A stretch of 53,197 bases of DNA from Chromatiaceae bacterium (GCA_041753195.1 JBGSUY010000125.1:1-53197); one strand, 5' to 3'. Positions 9,395-20,124 are shown, counted from the stretch's first letter. Made by a program: numbers and translations. The notes: generated from the letters alone by a model not told the origin.

Positions 9395-10621
9395 TCAGCC
9401 GCACCAGGTCCCGGGGTCTAGGGGCTCGCCATGACGGCGAATTGCGAAGTAAAGGACCGGATCGTCACGCCCGCCGCTGTTGCCGCTGAGTGCGATCACC
9501 TCACCCGCCGCAACCCACTCGCCGACTTCTAGAAGCAAGACCTGATTGTGGCCGTAGAGTGACATGTAGCCGTCCCCGTGGTCGATCACCAGCAGCATGC
9601 CGAAGCCCCTCAACCAATCGGCATAGACGACTCGGCCATCGTAGACCGCTCGCACCTCCTCCCCCTCGCGCGCGACCAACAGGACCCCGTCCAAGGTGAG
9701 CTCCGAGCCCTCCTTGCCGGACCCAAATCCGGCCCGCAGCCGACCCTCTAGCAGGGGCCAGCTCAAGTGGCCGCGACGTTGGGCGAAGGGCTCCCGCTGC
9801 ACCCCGAGCTCGGCGCGGATCTGGGCCCGTTGCCGCAGATGCTCGACCAGCAAACGCAGATCCTCGGCGTCGCGTTGCAGCAGCGTCAGGTCCCCTTCGC
9901 GTCTGGCGATGGTTTCCTCCAGGCTGGCCAGGACCTTGGCGCGTTCTCCCTTCGCGGCTTCCAAGCGGACCCGCGTAGCCTCTTGTCGGGCGCCCAGATC
10001 AGCCAGGCGGGTGGTCTCCCGCTCAGCGTCCTTGGCAAGCAAGGTAAGTCGCTGGGCCCGTGATTCCACCGACCGGATGCGACCCACCCGATCCCGATTG
10101 AAATAGGCAAAGTACGAAAGCACCCGACTCGCCCGGACCGGGTCCTCCTGGTTGAGCAGGAGCCGTAAGACGTCGGCGCGGCCCATGGCGTAAGCGGTGC
10201 GCAGGAGCTCGGAGAGCCGTTCGATCTCCCGCTCCAGGGACTGCTTCTCCTCCGCTTCCCGCTTACGGAGCTCTTGGGACACTCGGGTCTGCTCGTCCAC
10301 CAGTTGGGCGAGCTCCCGACCCGCGAGCGCCAGGGCCGCAACGTCGCGCTCCCGCTCCTCCAGCTCGAGGATCAGGGCTTGGCGCTCCGCATTGCGCCCG
10401 ATCAGATCCTTTCCAATGGCCTCCACCTGACGCTCGAGCGACTGCAGGTCCTGTTCCCGTCGCTCGATGGCGGCATCCGGATCCTCGCTGGCGGCCGCGA
10501 GGCGGAATCCCGGGGGCGGCGCGAGGAGCCCCACGAGCAGCAGCACGACCCCCGGGGCCCGCAGGTACGCGGGATTGGGATGGGGGGCGGAACAGGCTCG
10601 ATGGCATTGAGCTAGGGACAT
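9395..10621 (-). CDS. envC: Murein hydrolase activator EnvC family (coiled coil plus M23-like domain); start approximate
   Basis: Long coiled coil, LLLNQEDP, GRVVYADWLRGFG..LVIDHGDGYMSLYGHNQ; upstream of ctpA as in other gammaproteobacteria. Confidence 0.85.
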   Translation of the reverse strand: MSLAQCHRACSAPHPNPAYLRAPGVVLLLVGLLAPPPGFRLAAASEDPDAAIERREQDLQSLERQVEAIGKDLIGRNAERQALILELEERERDVAALALAGRELAQLVDEQTRVSQELRKREAEEKQSLEREIERLSELLRTAYAMGRADVLRLLLNQEDPVRASRVLSYFAYFNRDRVGRIRSVESRAQRLTLLAKDAERETTRLADLGARQEATRVRLEAAKGERAKVLASLEETIARREGDLTLLQRDAEDLRLLVEHLRQRAQIRAELGVQREPFAQRRGHLSWPLLEGRLRAGFGSGKEGSELTLDGVLLVAREGEEVRAVYDGRVVYADWLRGFGMLLVIDHGDGYMSLYGHNQVLLLEVGEWVAAGEVIALSGNSGGRDDPVLYFAIRRHGEPLDPGTWCG

Positions 10622-10906
10622 GGACACACGCTTGCGGCCTCGGTACTGGCATCTGACACCATTGGCAACCGCGCCACCTAGCAAGTAGGCAGGGGGCGCC
10701 CGCCAGTTGCGTCTAGCTTACCCCCGTCCTTCCCCTAGGGTGGTAGGGGCAACGAAGGAGCGCGCTTGGCGCCACCTTCCCGGTGAGCCGGAGATCCTAA
10801 GGGGCGACCCTGCCGGGACCGCCATGGGTTTGGCCATCGGCGGCCCTTCGCACCAGGCTAGAAAAAGTTTATTATTGTATTGTTATTAGTTGATGCGACC
10901 AACGCG

Positions 10907-11278
10907 ATGGCGACTAATCTAAGTCACAGCTCTCACCCGGTCCTGAATGACCCCGAGGTCCTCGGCGAGCACGACATCGGCCTGTTCGCGGACGACAACG
11001 ACATCGAGCGCGCCTCGCGGTCCCTCAAGGCCATGTCCCACCCCCTGCGGCTCAAGATCCTGTGCACCCTCGGGGATCAAGAGGTCAGCGTCCAGGAGAT
11101 CGTCGATCACGTGGGCACCTCCCAGAGCAATATCTCTCAGCACTTGGCCATCTTGCGCGACAAGGGCATCCTCGCTTCCAGGAAGGATGCCAACCGGGTC
11201 TACTACCGGGTGAGCGACGGGCGCACCCTGCGCCTGATCGGCATGATGCGCGAGGTGTTCTGCCAGCATGCCGGGTGA
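10907..11278 (+). CDS. ArsR/SmtB transcriptional regulator with a BigR/SqrR/YgaV-type Cys pair
   Basis: LKAMSHPLRLKILC, SQSNISQHLAILR, RVYYR, C-terminal VFC. Confidence 0.88.
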   Translation: MATNLSHSSHPVLNDPEVLGEHDIGLFADDNDIERASRSLKAMSHPLRLKILCTLGDQEVSVQEIVDHVGTSQSNISQHLAILRDKGILASRKDANRVYYRVSDGRTLRLIGMMREVFCQHAG

Positions 11279-11459
11279 GGGGAGCCGCCACGGCGGGATG
11301 ACGCCTGCCGCCGCGCTCCTTATACTCCCGCCCTCGACCTCGGCCCCCGTCCCGGTGGGCCAGACCCGTGACGCGAGGTCCGCTTCTGTAGCGGGTGCGA
11401 GTCCGGCATTGAGGTCATAGCGCCACCCAATCGCCCCAGAGTCACGAGAGCCCAAGCCG

Positions 11460-11888
11460 ATGCAGCTCAGCCAGCTCATGGAATTCGCCGGTAACCATTG
11501 GTACCTCTTCCTGGCGCTGGTGGTCATCCTCGGACTGCTGATCCACAACCTGACGATCGGGGATCGGGGCAGCATCGATCCTTCGGGTGCCACGGAGCTG
11601 ATCAACCACAAGGAGGCCGCGGTGATCGACGTGCGCCCGGCCGCTGACTTCGCCAAGGGCCACATCATCAATGCCGTCAACATCCCCATGAACGGCTTCA
11701 AGAATCAGATGGCGGTCCTGGCCAAGTACAAGGGCAAGCCAATCATCGTGAGCTGCCGCTCCGGCTCCCAATCCGCAGGCGCCTGCAACCAGCTGCGCAA
11801 AGAGGGCTTCGAGGACGTGTACAACCTCAAGGGGGGGATCCTGTCCTGGCAGGCGGCCAACCTTCCCCTCACGCGCAAGAAGCGCTGA
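11460..11888 (+). CDS. Membrane-anchored rhodanese-like protein (YibN-like)
   Basis: N-terminal TM helix, IDVR...F.KGHI..A.NIP, CRSG active loop, LKGGI.SW; precedes secB. Confidence 0.9.
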   Translation: MQLSQLMEFAGNHWYLFLALVVILGLLIHNLTIGDRGSIDPSGATELINHKEAAVIDVRPAADFAKGHIINAVNIPMNGFKNQMAVLAKYKGKPIIVSCRSGSQSAGACNQLRKEGFEDVYNLKGGILSWQAANLPLTRKKR

Positions 11889-11945
11889 CTCCAAGGGCGA
11901 GTCCCCCGCGCACCCTTCACCGACCTTCCATCCAAGGACCCCTTC

Positions 11946-12419
11946 ATGGCCGACAACGAGCAGACGACCAACGAGCGGCAATTCGCCATCCAGCGCATCT
12001 ACACCAAGGATTTGTCCTTCGAATCGCCCAACGCCCCGGACATCTTCCGCGGCGAGTGGAAGCCCGAGAACGAGCTCAGCCTCAACACCAAGGTCAACCG
12101 GATCGGTGACCAGGTCTACGAGATCGTCCTTACGGTGACGGTCAACGTCAAGGTGGGCGACAAGACCGCCTTCATTGCCGAGGTCCAACAAGCCGGCATC
12201 TTCACCCTGAACGGCTTCCCCGAACAGGAATTGGGGGCCATGCTCGGCGCCTACTGCCCCAATCTGCTCTTCCCCTATGCCCGCGAGGTGGTGTCCGACC
12301 TCGTGACCAAGGGTAGCTTCCCCCAGCTGGTCCTTCAGCATGTGAGCTTCGATGCCCTGTTCGCCCAGCACCAGCAGCAGGCGGCCGCAGCGTCCGGTCA
12401 GAGGGCCAGTCAGCATTGA
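11946..12419 (+). CDS. secB: Protein-export chaperone SecB
   Basis: [37 protein letters not shown]. Confidence 0.97.
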   Translation: MADNEQTTNERQFAIQRIYTKDLSFESPNAPDIFRGEWKPENELSLNTKVNRIGDQVYEIVLTVTVNVKVGDKTAFIAEVQQAGIFTLNGFPEQELGAMLGAYCPNLLFPYAREVVSDLVTKGSFPQLVLQHVSFDALFAQHQQQAAAASGQRASQH

Positions 12420-13432
12420 GCGGCGGCTCGACTGCCGCCGGCCGCATCGCGGTCCTGGGGGCGGGATCCTGGGGGACGGCACTCGCCATCCAGCTCTGTC
12501 GAAAAGGGCATCAGGTCGCGCTCTGGGGACACGATCCCCAGCACATGGAGGAGCTTGTGCGGGACCGGGAGAACCGTCGCTTCCTGCCCGGTTTCCCCCT
12601 ACCTTCGGCACTCGAGCCCACCGACTCCCTCGACCAGACTTTGACTCACGCGAGCGCCTGCCTCGTCGTAGTCCCGAGTCACGCCTTCGCGGAGGTCCTT
12701 TCCATGCTGCCTGGGCGCCTCCCCACCCACCTAGGCGTGGCCTGGGCCACCAAGGGGCTCGACCCTGCCACGGGAGGACTCTTGCATACCGCCGCCCGGC
12801 TGTCCCTGCCGCACGAGAGCCTGGCGGTCATCTCCGGACCGAGCTTCGCCGGGGAGGTCGCGCGGGGCCTGCCTACGGCCGTGACCGTCGCGTCCGAGGA
12901 CGCGGACTTCGCGTCACGGATCGCGGCCCTGCTCCATGGCGGCCGATTCCGCGCCTATACGAGCCCGGACATGGTGGGGGTGGAGATCTGCGGTGCGGCC
13001 AAGAACGTCCTGGCCATCGCGACCGGGATCGCGGATGGGCTGGGATTTGGCGCCAACGCCCGGGCGGCGCTCATCACACGGGGCCTGGCGGAGCTGATCC
13101 GACTCGGCAGGGCCCTGGGGGGACGTTCCGAGACCTTCATGGGCCTCGCCGGAGTAGGCGACCTGGTCCTTACCTGCACCGATGATCAATCACGCAACCG
13201 GCGCCTTGGCCTCGCCCTCGCCCAGGGTCTGAGTGTCGCCGAGGCCAAGGCCCAGATCGGACAGGAGGTGGAGGGGGTGGTCACGTCACAGTCCGTTCAT
13301 GCCCTGGCCCAGGGAATGGGGATCGACATGCCCATCAGCGAGGAGGTCTACCGGGTACTCTTCGATGGCGTCTCCCCCCTCCAGGCCACGGCCTCCCTGT
13401 TGGACAGGGAGCCTAAGCCCGAACTGGTGTGA
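12416..13432 (+). CDS. gpsA: NAD(P)H-dependent glycerol-3-phosphate dehydrogenase
   Basis: [45 protein letters not shown] start overlaps the secB stop. Confidence 0.96.
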   Translation: MSGGSTAAGRIAVLGAGSWGTALAIQLCRKGHQVALWGHDPQHMEELVRDRENRRFLPGFPLPSALEPTDSLDQTLTHASACLVVVPSHAFAEVLSMLPGRLPTHLGVAWATKGLDPATGGLLHTAARLSLPHESLAVISGPSFAGEVARGLPTAVTVASEDADFASRIAALLHGGRFRAYTSPDMVGVEICGAAKNVLAIATGIADGLGFGANARAALITRGLAELIRLGRALGGRSETFMGLAGVGDLVLTCTDDQSRNRRLGLALAQGLSVAEAKAQIGQEVEGVVTSQSVHALAQGMGIDMPISEEVYRVLFDGVSPLQATASLLDREPKPELV

Positions 13433-13467
13433 AACGGACTGTCAACCGGGCTCTGTGGTCCGGATTC

Positions 13468-13974
13468 CTAGGAGCAGCGCGGATCTTCAAACTTGGGTAC
13501 CTCTGAGGGCATGTCGGAACCCGAGAATCCGGTCTGCCGCCACGCCTCGAACAGAACCACGGCAACGGCGTTGGAAAGGTTGAGGCTGCGGTTCCCTGGC
13601 TGCATCGGGATCCGCAGGCATCGTCCCGGGGGCAAGGACGCCAACAGGTCCCGGGGCAGACCACGTGTCTCGGGGCCGAACAGGAAGGCGTCCCCCGAGC
13701 GATAGGCCGGCTCCACGTAGCAGCGTCGCCCTCGGGTGCTAAGCGCGAAAACGCGAGGATCACCAAGGATGTCCCGGCAGTTGCTTAGGTCAGGGTGGAG
13801 TCTGACGTCCACCCACTCGCGGTAATCGAGCCCGGCGCGGCGCAGCAGCCGGTCCTCCAGGCGGAAGCCCAGGGGCTCGATCAGGTGGAGCCGCGCCCCC
13901 AGGTTGGCGCACAACCGCATGACATTGCCCGTGTTAGGAGGAATCTCTGGTTGGTAAAGGATGATGTGGAACAT
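13468..13974 (-). CDS. trmL: tRNA (cytidine/uridine-34 2'-O)-methyltransferase TrmL
   Basis: LYQPEIPPNTGN, RRAGLDY, FGPETRGLP, RSLNLSNAV SPOUT motifs. Confidence 0.95.
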   Translation of the reverse strand: MFHIILYQPEIPPNTGNVMRLCANLGARLHLIEPLGFRLEDRLLRRAGLDYREWVDVRLHPDLSNCRDILGDPRVFALSTRGRRCYVEPAYRSGDAFLFGPETRGLPRDLLASLPPGRCLRIPMQPGNRSLNLSNAVAVVLFEAWRQTGFSGSDMPSEVPKFEDPRCS

Positions 13975-14068
13975 CGGGGGTGGCCAGGTGCGGTCCTTGG
14001 CGTGGTCTGCGCCGAGGAGCAATCCACGTTTGCCGGGTTCGGACGAGCGGTGCGGACCAGGGACTAGG

Positions 14069-14099
14069 TTGACCGGCGTCCCGATCGGCGTGGTATATT
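14069..14099 (+). promoter_or_regulatory. Candidate sigma70 promoter (TTGACC ... extended -10 TGnTATATT) for the 74-aa gene
   Basis: TTGACC 14069-14074 and TGGTATATT 14091-14099; the 19-bp spacer is long, but the extended -10 may suffice. Confidence 0.45.
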
Positions 14100-14163
14100 A
14101 AGACTTCGGCATTTACTAAAACCGCCGACAGTATTCGACCCAAACCCAGTGGGGAACACTTCC

Positions 14164-14388
14164 ATGAGCGATATCGAGGCTTTGAAGAGAGAGAAGCAGA
14201 ACCTGATCGACAAGATGCTCGAGATGCAGAAGCAGTTCATCGATTACGAGCACCAGCATGGTGTCAGCGGAAAGGATTATTGGGCATCCCAGGACGGGCT
14301 ACTCGCAAACTATCGTCAGGAGTATCTGGACATGGCGAATCGCGTGGTGGATCTGGCCCACGAGATCGTTGGCTCTTCTCGAATCTGA
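14164..14388 (+). CDS. Small helical hypothetical protein (74 aa)
   Basis: Protein-like composition (MSDIEALKREKQNLIDKMLEMQKQFIDYEH...), host-like codon usage, own promoter and downstream hairpin. Confidence 0.8.
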   Translation: MSDIEALKREKQNLIDKMLEMQKQFIDYEHQHGVSGKDYWASQDGLLANYRQEYLDMANRVVDLAHEIVGSSRI

Positions 14389-14429
14389 GCCGCAACGCGT
14401 CCGGGGCCTTACTCAGGCCCTCGCTGGAG

Positions 14430-14454
14430 AGCCCGCGCCTGTGCCGCGGGCTTT
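14430..14454 (+). terminator. Hairpin, possible intrinsic terminator between convergent genes
   Basis: AGCCCGCG-CCTGTGC-CGCGGGCT followed by a short T run. Confidence 0.5.
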
Positions 14455-14534
14455 CGCGCTTTAGGAACCCGATCGGAGTAGTCGGGCACCGATCTTGACA
14501 GAAGCGAAGGGTCCCCAATGCCGGAGCACACGCC

Positions 14535-14930
14535 TTAGCGGCCGACGTGCTCGATGTATGTCGGCACACCGGTCATCTCGAGCCGGGCGGCCAGACCGGT
14601 CACGATCAAGGGGTCCTCCCGGCCCTCGAAACGCAGGAAACAGCGGATCGTGCCGCGACTCGCGAAGGGGACCGGGATCATATCGCGATATGTGTATACG
14701 TTTTCATCGACGTCACCGCCAGCGCACACGAGCGGCCCCTCGGGCAGGGCTGTGTGCCCCTCCACCCCCTCGATCACAAGGGAGCCCACCTGCCACCAGC
14801 GTGTGCGCTCCTTGGAGCCGGTCATGCTTCTGAGAATGTAGGCCCGGGTGAAATGAACCCGGAGGGTCTCCTGCTCCAGGTCGATCGATCCGATCTCGGA
14901 GCCTGGCAGGTCGATTTGGCTGCTGTCCAA
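14535..14930 (-). CDS. Hypothetical protein (~131 aa, beta-rich) downstream of ntrC
   Basis: TTG start at 14930 with GAGG upstream; protein-like sequence (RVHFTRAYI..SMTGSKERTRWWQ...GGDVDENVYTYRDMIPVP). Confidence 0.7.
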   Translation of the reverse strand: MDSSQIDLPGSEIGSIDLEQETLRVHFTRAYILRSMTGSKERTRWWQVGSLVIEGVEGHTALPEGPLVCAGGDVDENVYTYRDMIPVPFASRGTIRCFLRFEGREDPLIVTGLAARLEMTGVPTYIEHVGR

Positions 14931-15013
14931 TGATCCGTCCTCGCGTATCAAGGTGCTCCGAAGGTTGCGCGCTAGTCGGGAACTTTCAACCAGCCGACTG
15001 ACTTCCGATCCGG

Positions 15014-16438
15014 TCAAGGCACCACATCTTCCGGATCCTGGGTGATCTCAAGGCGCAACTCCTTGATCTTCCGGGTCAGGGTATTGCGTCCCCAGCCGAG
15101 CAGGCGCGCCGCCTCTTGCCGCCGTCCGCCGGTATGCTCGAGGGCGGTCTGGATCAGGATCTGCTCGAAGGCGGGCAGGGCCTTGTCGAGCAGGGCCCCT
15201 TGTCCCTCCTTGAGACTCTGACGCGCCCAGCGCCGAAACACTGACTCCCAAGGCTCGTCTCGATCCTGCTCCTGACTCAGCCCGTTAAGCTCCGGCGGGA
15301 GGTCCTCGGCATGGATCTCCTTGCCCGACGCCATCACGGTGAGCCAGCGCGCGGCATTCTCCAACTGTCGCACGTTGCCCGGCCAGTCCAAACGCTTGAG
15401 GTGCTCGGTGGCGCTGGGCAGCAGGACCTTGGTCTCGCAGCCGAGCTCTTTGCCGGCTTGAACGAGAAAGTGGCGCATCAGCAAGGGGATGTCTTCCCGG
15501 CGGTCCCGCAATGCCGGCAGATGGATGCGGATCACGTTGAGGCGATGGAACAGGTCCTCGCGAAAGCGACCCTGGCGGACCAACTCCTCCAGATTCTGAT
15601 GGGTCGCGGCAATGATGCGCACGTCCACGCGGATCGGAGCCACCCCACCCACCCGATAGAACTCCCCGTCCGACAGGACCCGCAACAAACGCGTCTGGAG
15701 CTCCGCCGGCATGTCCCCGATCTCGTCCAGGAACAGGGTCCCCCGATCGGCCTGCTCGAAACGGCCCTCCCGCCTGGCCTGGGCCCCCGTGAAGGCGCCG
15801 CGCTCGTGGCCGAAGAGTTCCGATTCCAGTAGGTCCCGCGGGATCGCCGCCATGTTCAACGCGATAAACGGTCGATCGGCCCTTGGGCTATGCCGGTGGA
15901 GTGCCCGTGCCACCAGCTCTTTGCCGGTGCCAGACTCGCCGTTGATCAACACTGTGATGTTGGAGCGTGCCAGGCGACCGATGGCGCGGAAGACCTCCTG
16001 CATGGCAGGGGCCTCGCCGATGATGTCGGGTGCCTCGGCGATCCCGGGCTCTTCGGGCGCGTCCGAGCGTCCCCGGCGGCACGCGCGGGTCGCCTGGGCG
16101 ACCGCGTCGTCCAGGTCGAAGGGCTTCGGGAGATACTCGAAGGCACCACCGTGGAAGGCAGAGACGGCGCTGTCCAGGTCAGAATGGGCCGTCATGATGA
16201 TGACCGGTACGGCCGGATAGCGCGCCTTGACCTGGCGCAGCAGGTCGAGGCCATCGACCCCCGGCATGCGGATGTCCGTCAGGATGACGTCCGGTTGCTC
16301 CCGCTCCAACGCCTCCATGACCCCAACCCCGTTTGAAAAACAGGTGACGTGCATCTCCGCTTTGCGCAGGGCACGCTCGAGCACCCAACGGATGGAACGG
16401 TCGTCGTCAATGACCCACACCCTGGGCTCTCTACTCAT
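15014..16438 (-). CDS. ntrC: Nitrogen regulation response regulator NtrC (GlnG)
   Basis: Receiver DDD..IRWVL/DIRMP, GESGTGKE, GAFTGA, LFLDEIG, WPGNVRQL, C-terminal HTH LGWGRNTLTRK. Confidence 0.97.
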   Translation of the reverse strand: MSREPRVWVIDDDRSIRWVLERALRKAEMHVTCFSNGVGVMEALEREQPDVILTDIRMPGVDGLDLLRQVKARYPAVPVIIMTAHSDLDSAVSAFHGGAFEYLPKPFDLDDAVAQATRACRRGRSDAPEEPGIAEAPDIIGEAPAMQEVFRAIGRLARSNITVLINGESGTGKELVARALHRHSPRADRPFIALNMAAIPRDLLESELFGHERGAFTGAQARREGRFEQADRGTLFLDEIGDMPAELQTRLLRVLSDGEFYRVGGVAPIRVDVRIIAATHQNLEELVRQGRFREDLFHRLNVIRIHLPALRDRREDIPLLMRHFLVQAGKELGCETKVLLPSATEHLKRLDWPGNVRQLENAARWLTVMASGKEIHAEDLPPELNGLSQEQDRDEPWESVFRRWARQSLKEGQGALLDKALPAFEQILIQTALEHTGGRRQEAARLLGWGRNTLTRKIKELRLEITQDPEDVVP

Positions 16439-17513
16439 GCTCGGGCTCCAGTGGGAGGTAGACGAAGAAGTGAGTCTCCCCCGGGCGGCTCTCGCATTCG
16501 ATTAGCCCCCCGTGCTGATTGATCAGCTCCTGGGCAATCGGTAGGCCGAGGCCCGTACCCCCTGAGTGACCGGACACCATGGGAAAGAAGATCTGATCCT
16601 TGAGCTCTTCGGGGATCCCTGGCCCGTTGTCCAATACCTCGGCACGCAGCACCAGGCGGTGACGTTTGGCCCTGATGGTGAACTGGCGCAGAACGCGGGT
16701 GCGCAGCTCGATGTACCCGGCCGTGCCGGCGGCGGCGCAGGCATTGCGCGCGATATTCAGGAACGCTTGGATCAGGCGATCCTGATCCGCCGTCAACTCG
16801 GGGATACTCGGATCGTAGTCTCGTGAGACCCTGGGACCGCTTGGAAACTCGGCGAGGACCAGTCCGCGGACATGCTCCAGGACGTTGTGGATGTTCACCG
16901 GCGCCCGACTGGGCATGCGGTTGGGGCCTATCATCCGATTCATCAGGGTCTGGAGGCGGTCGGCCTCGTCGATGATGATGCGGGTGTACTCTCGCAGTCC
17001 CGGGTCTGGAAGCTCCTGTTCCAGCAGCTGGGCGGCGCCGCGCAGGCCCCCGAGAGGGTTCTTGATCTCGTGGGCCAGGCCGCGGATCAGGGCCTGAGTC
17101 GCCTGGTGCTGGGAAAGCAGGTGCTCCTCGCGCGTGATCCGGAGTTGCCGGTCCACCTGGTGCAGCTCGACTAGTAGGCCCGCCTCTGCATCAGGATGGT
17201 GCAGAGGGAGCACGGTGCAATTCACGGTTATGGTGCGTCCATCGGCCACGGCTACGTTGAGCTCGCGTTCTGTGAACGGGTGACGGGACTTCAGGGCCTC
17301 CGTCAACCTCAGCTCGACCCGGGAATCCGGGCAGGGGAGGATGTTTGCGGCAGGATGCCCCAGAACGTGCCGGGCACTGACCTGGAACAACATCTCGGCG
17401 GCGGGGTTGAGATACCGGAGGCAGAGGTCCGACCCGAACAGCATCACCGCTGTGTTCATATGGTCGAGTACCGTTCTTTCCGGCGTCTGTTTAGGGATTT
17501 GTCTCTTGATCAT
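16431..17513 (-). CDS. ntrB: Nitrogen regulation sensor kinase NtrB (GlnL)
   Basis: PAS domain, H-box GLAHEIKNPLGGLRGAAQLL, RDYDPSIP, DNGPGIP, GTGLGL; the ORF-track start at 17813 looks over-extended. Confidence 0.95.
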   Translation of the reverse strand: MIKRQIPKQTPERTVLDHMNTAVMLFGSDLCLRYLNPAAEMLFQVSARHVLGHPAANILPCPDSRVELRLTEALKSRHPFTERELNVAVADGRTITVNCTVLPLHHPDAEAGLLVELHQVDRQLRITREEHLLSQHQATQALIRGLAHEIKNPLGGLRGAAQLLEQELPDPGLREYTRIIIDEADRLQTLMNRMIGPNRMPSRAPVNIHNVLEHVRGLVLAEFPSGPRVSRDYDPSIPELTADQDRLIQAFLNIARNACAAAGTAGYIELRTRVLRQFTIRAKRHRLVLRAEVLDNGPGIPEELKDQIFFPMVSGHSGGTGLGLPIAQELINQHGGLIECESRPGETHFFVYLPLEPEHE

Positions 17514-17911
17514 CCGGATCATGCGGGTGTTGAACGTAAGCCGGTGAAACTGTGCTGCCCAGGCCTCGCCGAGAGGCGGCGGGCGCAGTGGATGACGACA
17601 CACCGGTTTGGTTGCGGCCGAGAGGCCCAGGCACGTGGCTGCAGGAGAACCCCAGCAAGAAGCAAGCCAGGCATCAGACCCTTGTGGGGCACCGGCGCTT
17701 AACGGGCAGTCGAGTTCCAGGTCGTCGGGATGCGAGGAACGATCGCGGGGTCGGGGGTTGGAGAAGCACCGGTTAAATCGGTGCTCGGACCGGCAAGACA
17801 GCGGAGCCGGCATGTTGAGTCACCCAAGCGACGGAACATGGCACCGCTTGGAGAGGGCGTTTTCGAAAGGCGCGCTGAGCAATGCCGGGATGGCATTTGA
17901 TCGGCGTCTTC

Positions 17912-18421
17912 TCAGGGAAGGACCCCGGGGGGAAGGGGCTTGCGCAAATGGAAACTCACCGGGGCGCTGCGAGCGACGACCGCGTTGGATTCCATGATGC
18001 GTGCCTCGGTCACATGGGTACCGAAGCTCAGGCCGCTCAGGGAAAGTTGCGTCCCGATCGGCTCCTCGACGGTGATCGGGACGCCGTCCACCAGGAGCTC
18101 GAGGCGGTGACCCTCCATCAAGGATGGGTCCAGAAGCAGGCTCACCGGGAGGGCCGCCGACTCCTGACGCAGGGTCTGATTGGCCTCGGGGGAGACGATC
18201 TCGAAGCTGTTGTAGGGACCGAGCAGGGGGGCACCGGTTCGGTCGGCCGACGAGGATTCGGTTTCCCCAGGCGCGACCCCGCTTTCGATGTTGACCCGGT
18301 CAGCGCCTGTTAGCGGACGATCGGAGAAATGGGTCTGGCCCTCGGCATCTACCCAACGGTAGACCTGGGCCGAGACACCAGCCGAGATGACGAGGAGCGA
18401 GAGGAGGATGACCTTGACCAT
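17912..18421 (-). CDS. Exported DUF4124-domain protein
   Basis: Signal peptide then VYRWVDAEG.THFSD.P; typical position between glnA and ntrB. Confidence 0.85.
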   Translation of the reverse strand: MVKVILLSLLVISAGVSAQVYRWVDAEGQTHFSDRPLTGADRVNIESGVAPGETESSSADRTGAPLLGPYNSFEIVSPEANQTLRQESAALPVSLLLDPSLMEGHRLELLVDGVPITVEEPIGTQLSLSGLSFGTHVTEARIMESNAVVARSAPVSFHLRKPLPPGVLP

Positions 18422-18495
18422 ACGCCAAGGATAGATCAGCCCTCGGCGCGACTCAATGCATGTTGCGGCACCCCGCAAGGGGTGCCGCTCAACCG

Positions 18496-19902
18496 TTACA
18501 AGCTGAAGTAGAGGTCGAACTCGATCGGGTGTGTCGTCATGCGCAGCTGCGTGACCTCCTGCATCTTGAGTCCGATATAGCCGTCGATCAGGTCATCGGT
18601 AAAGACGCCTCCGGCGGTGAGGAAGTCACGGTCCCTGTCTAGGGCCTCCAAGGCCTGATCCAAGGCGTGGCAAACGGTGGGGATAGCCTTCTCCTCCTCG
18701 GGCGGCAGGTCGTACAGGTCCTTGTCCATCGGATCGCCCGGGTGGATCTTGTTCAGGATGCCGTCCAGTCCGGCGAGCATCATGGCGGAGAAGGACAGAT
18801 AGGGGTTACCGGTGGCGTCGGGGAAGCGGACCTCGACGCGCCTTCCCTTGGGGTTGGCAACGTAGGGGATGCGGATGGACGCAGAGCGGTTGCGGGCGGA
18901 GTAGGCAAGCATCACGGGCGCCTCGAATCCGGGCACCAGCCGCTTGTAGGAGTTGGTGGAGGCGTTGGTGAAGGCGTTGAGTGCCCGGGCGTGCTTGATG
19001 ATTCCGCCGATGTAGTAGAGCGCCGTCTCGGAGAGGCCACCGTACTTGTCGCCGGAGAAGATGTTCTGGCCGTCCTTGCCCAGGGATTGGTGGACGTGCA
19101 TGCCGTTTCCGTTGTCGCCCACCATGGGCTTCGGCATGAAGGTCACGGTCTTGCCGTAGGCATGGGCGGTGTTCCAGATCGCGTATTTCATGATCTGGGT
19201 CCAATCGGCCCGCTTCACCAGGGTGGAGAACATGGTACCGATCTCGCACTGCCCCGCCGTTGCGACCTCATGGTGATGGACCTCGACCGGGACGCCCATC
19301 TCTTCGATCGCGAGGCACATCGCGGCGCGCAGATCGTTCAGGGAGTCCACCGGGGGGACCGGGAAGTAACCGCCCTTCACGCTCGGGCGGTGGCCCATGT
19401 TCCCGTCTTGGTAGACACGCTCGGAGTTCCACTCCGCCTCCTGGGAATCGATCTTGACAAAGGACCCACTCATGTCGGCGCCCCAGCGTACGTCGTCGAA
19501 TACGAAGAACTCGGGCTCGGGACCAAAATAGGCGGTGTCAGCGATGCCCGTCGACTTCAGGTAGGCCTCGGCCCGCTTGGCCAGGGAGCGGGGATCGCGC
19601 TCGTAGCCCTGCATGGTGTTGGGCTCGAGGATGTCACAGCGGAGTATCAGGGTGTTTTCGTCCGTGAAGGGGTCCATCACGGCGGTTGACGCCTCGGGCA
19701 TCAGTACCATGTCGGACTCCTGGATGCCCTTCCATCCAGCGATGGAAGAGCCGTCGAACATTTTTCCCTCCTTGAACATGTCCTCGTCCACGATAGAGGC
19801 CGGCATCGAGACGTGCTGCTCCTTGCCGCGGGTGTCGGTGAAGCGAAGGTCGACGAACTTCACCTCGTGGTCTTTAATCATCTTCATGACATCTGCTGCC
19901 AT
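18496..19902 (-). CDS. glnA: Glutamine synthetase type I
   Basis: [59 protein letters not shown], adenylylation site DLYDLP. Confidence 0.98.
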   Translation of the reverse strand: MAADVMKMIKDHEVKFVDLRFTDTRGKEQHVSMPASIVDEDMFKEGKMFDGSSIAGWKGIQESDMVLMPEASTAVMDPFTDENTLILRCDILEPNTMQGYERDPRSLAKRAEAYLKSTGIADTAYFGPEPEFFVFDDVRWGADMSGSFVKIDSQEAEWNSERVYQDGNMGHRPSVKGGYFPVPPVDSLNDLRAAMCLAIEEMGVPVEVHHHEVATAGQCEIGTMFSTLVKRADWTQIMKYAIWNTAHAYGKTVTFMPKPMVGDNGNGMHVHQSLGKDGQNIFSGDKYGGLSETALYYIGGIIKHARALNAFTNASTNSYKRLVPGFEAPVMLAYSARNRSASIRIPYVANPKGRRVEVRFPDATGNPYLSFSAMMLAGLDGILNKIHPGDPMDKDLYDLPPEEEKAIPTVCHALDQALEALDRDRDFLTAGGVFTDDLIDGYIGLKMQEVTQLRMTTHPIEFDLYFSL

Positions 19903-20124
19903 TGGATTGTCTCCGATGCTAGTACTGTACAAGTGTGGACAGGGAAGTTTATCGGGCGCCAGATCCCAGATCGACCGGTTCAGCCGGTCTCACGCTGAAA
20001 CCGACGCAAGAGCGAAACCGACCGATGCTAAGGCGGAAACCTGTTCATGGGGCGTGTCCCGACGGCGTTGGACGAAAGCGCCGCGTCACTTTCCGCATGG
20101 GCGAGCTCGGCCCGATCAGGGAAA

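Noticed and set aside
17765..17785. AGCACCG-GTTAAAT-CGGTGCT upstream of ntrB as an NtrC site
   Set aside because: GCACC and GGTGC are 9 nt apart instead of 5; at most a small hairpin.
17514..17813. 100-aa N-terminal extension of NtrB in the ORF track
   Set aside because: Not protein-like; typical NtrB length and the PAS domain fit a start near 17513. The same applies to the extended starts of dnaA, rpmH, tgpA, gmhB and envC.
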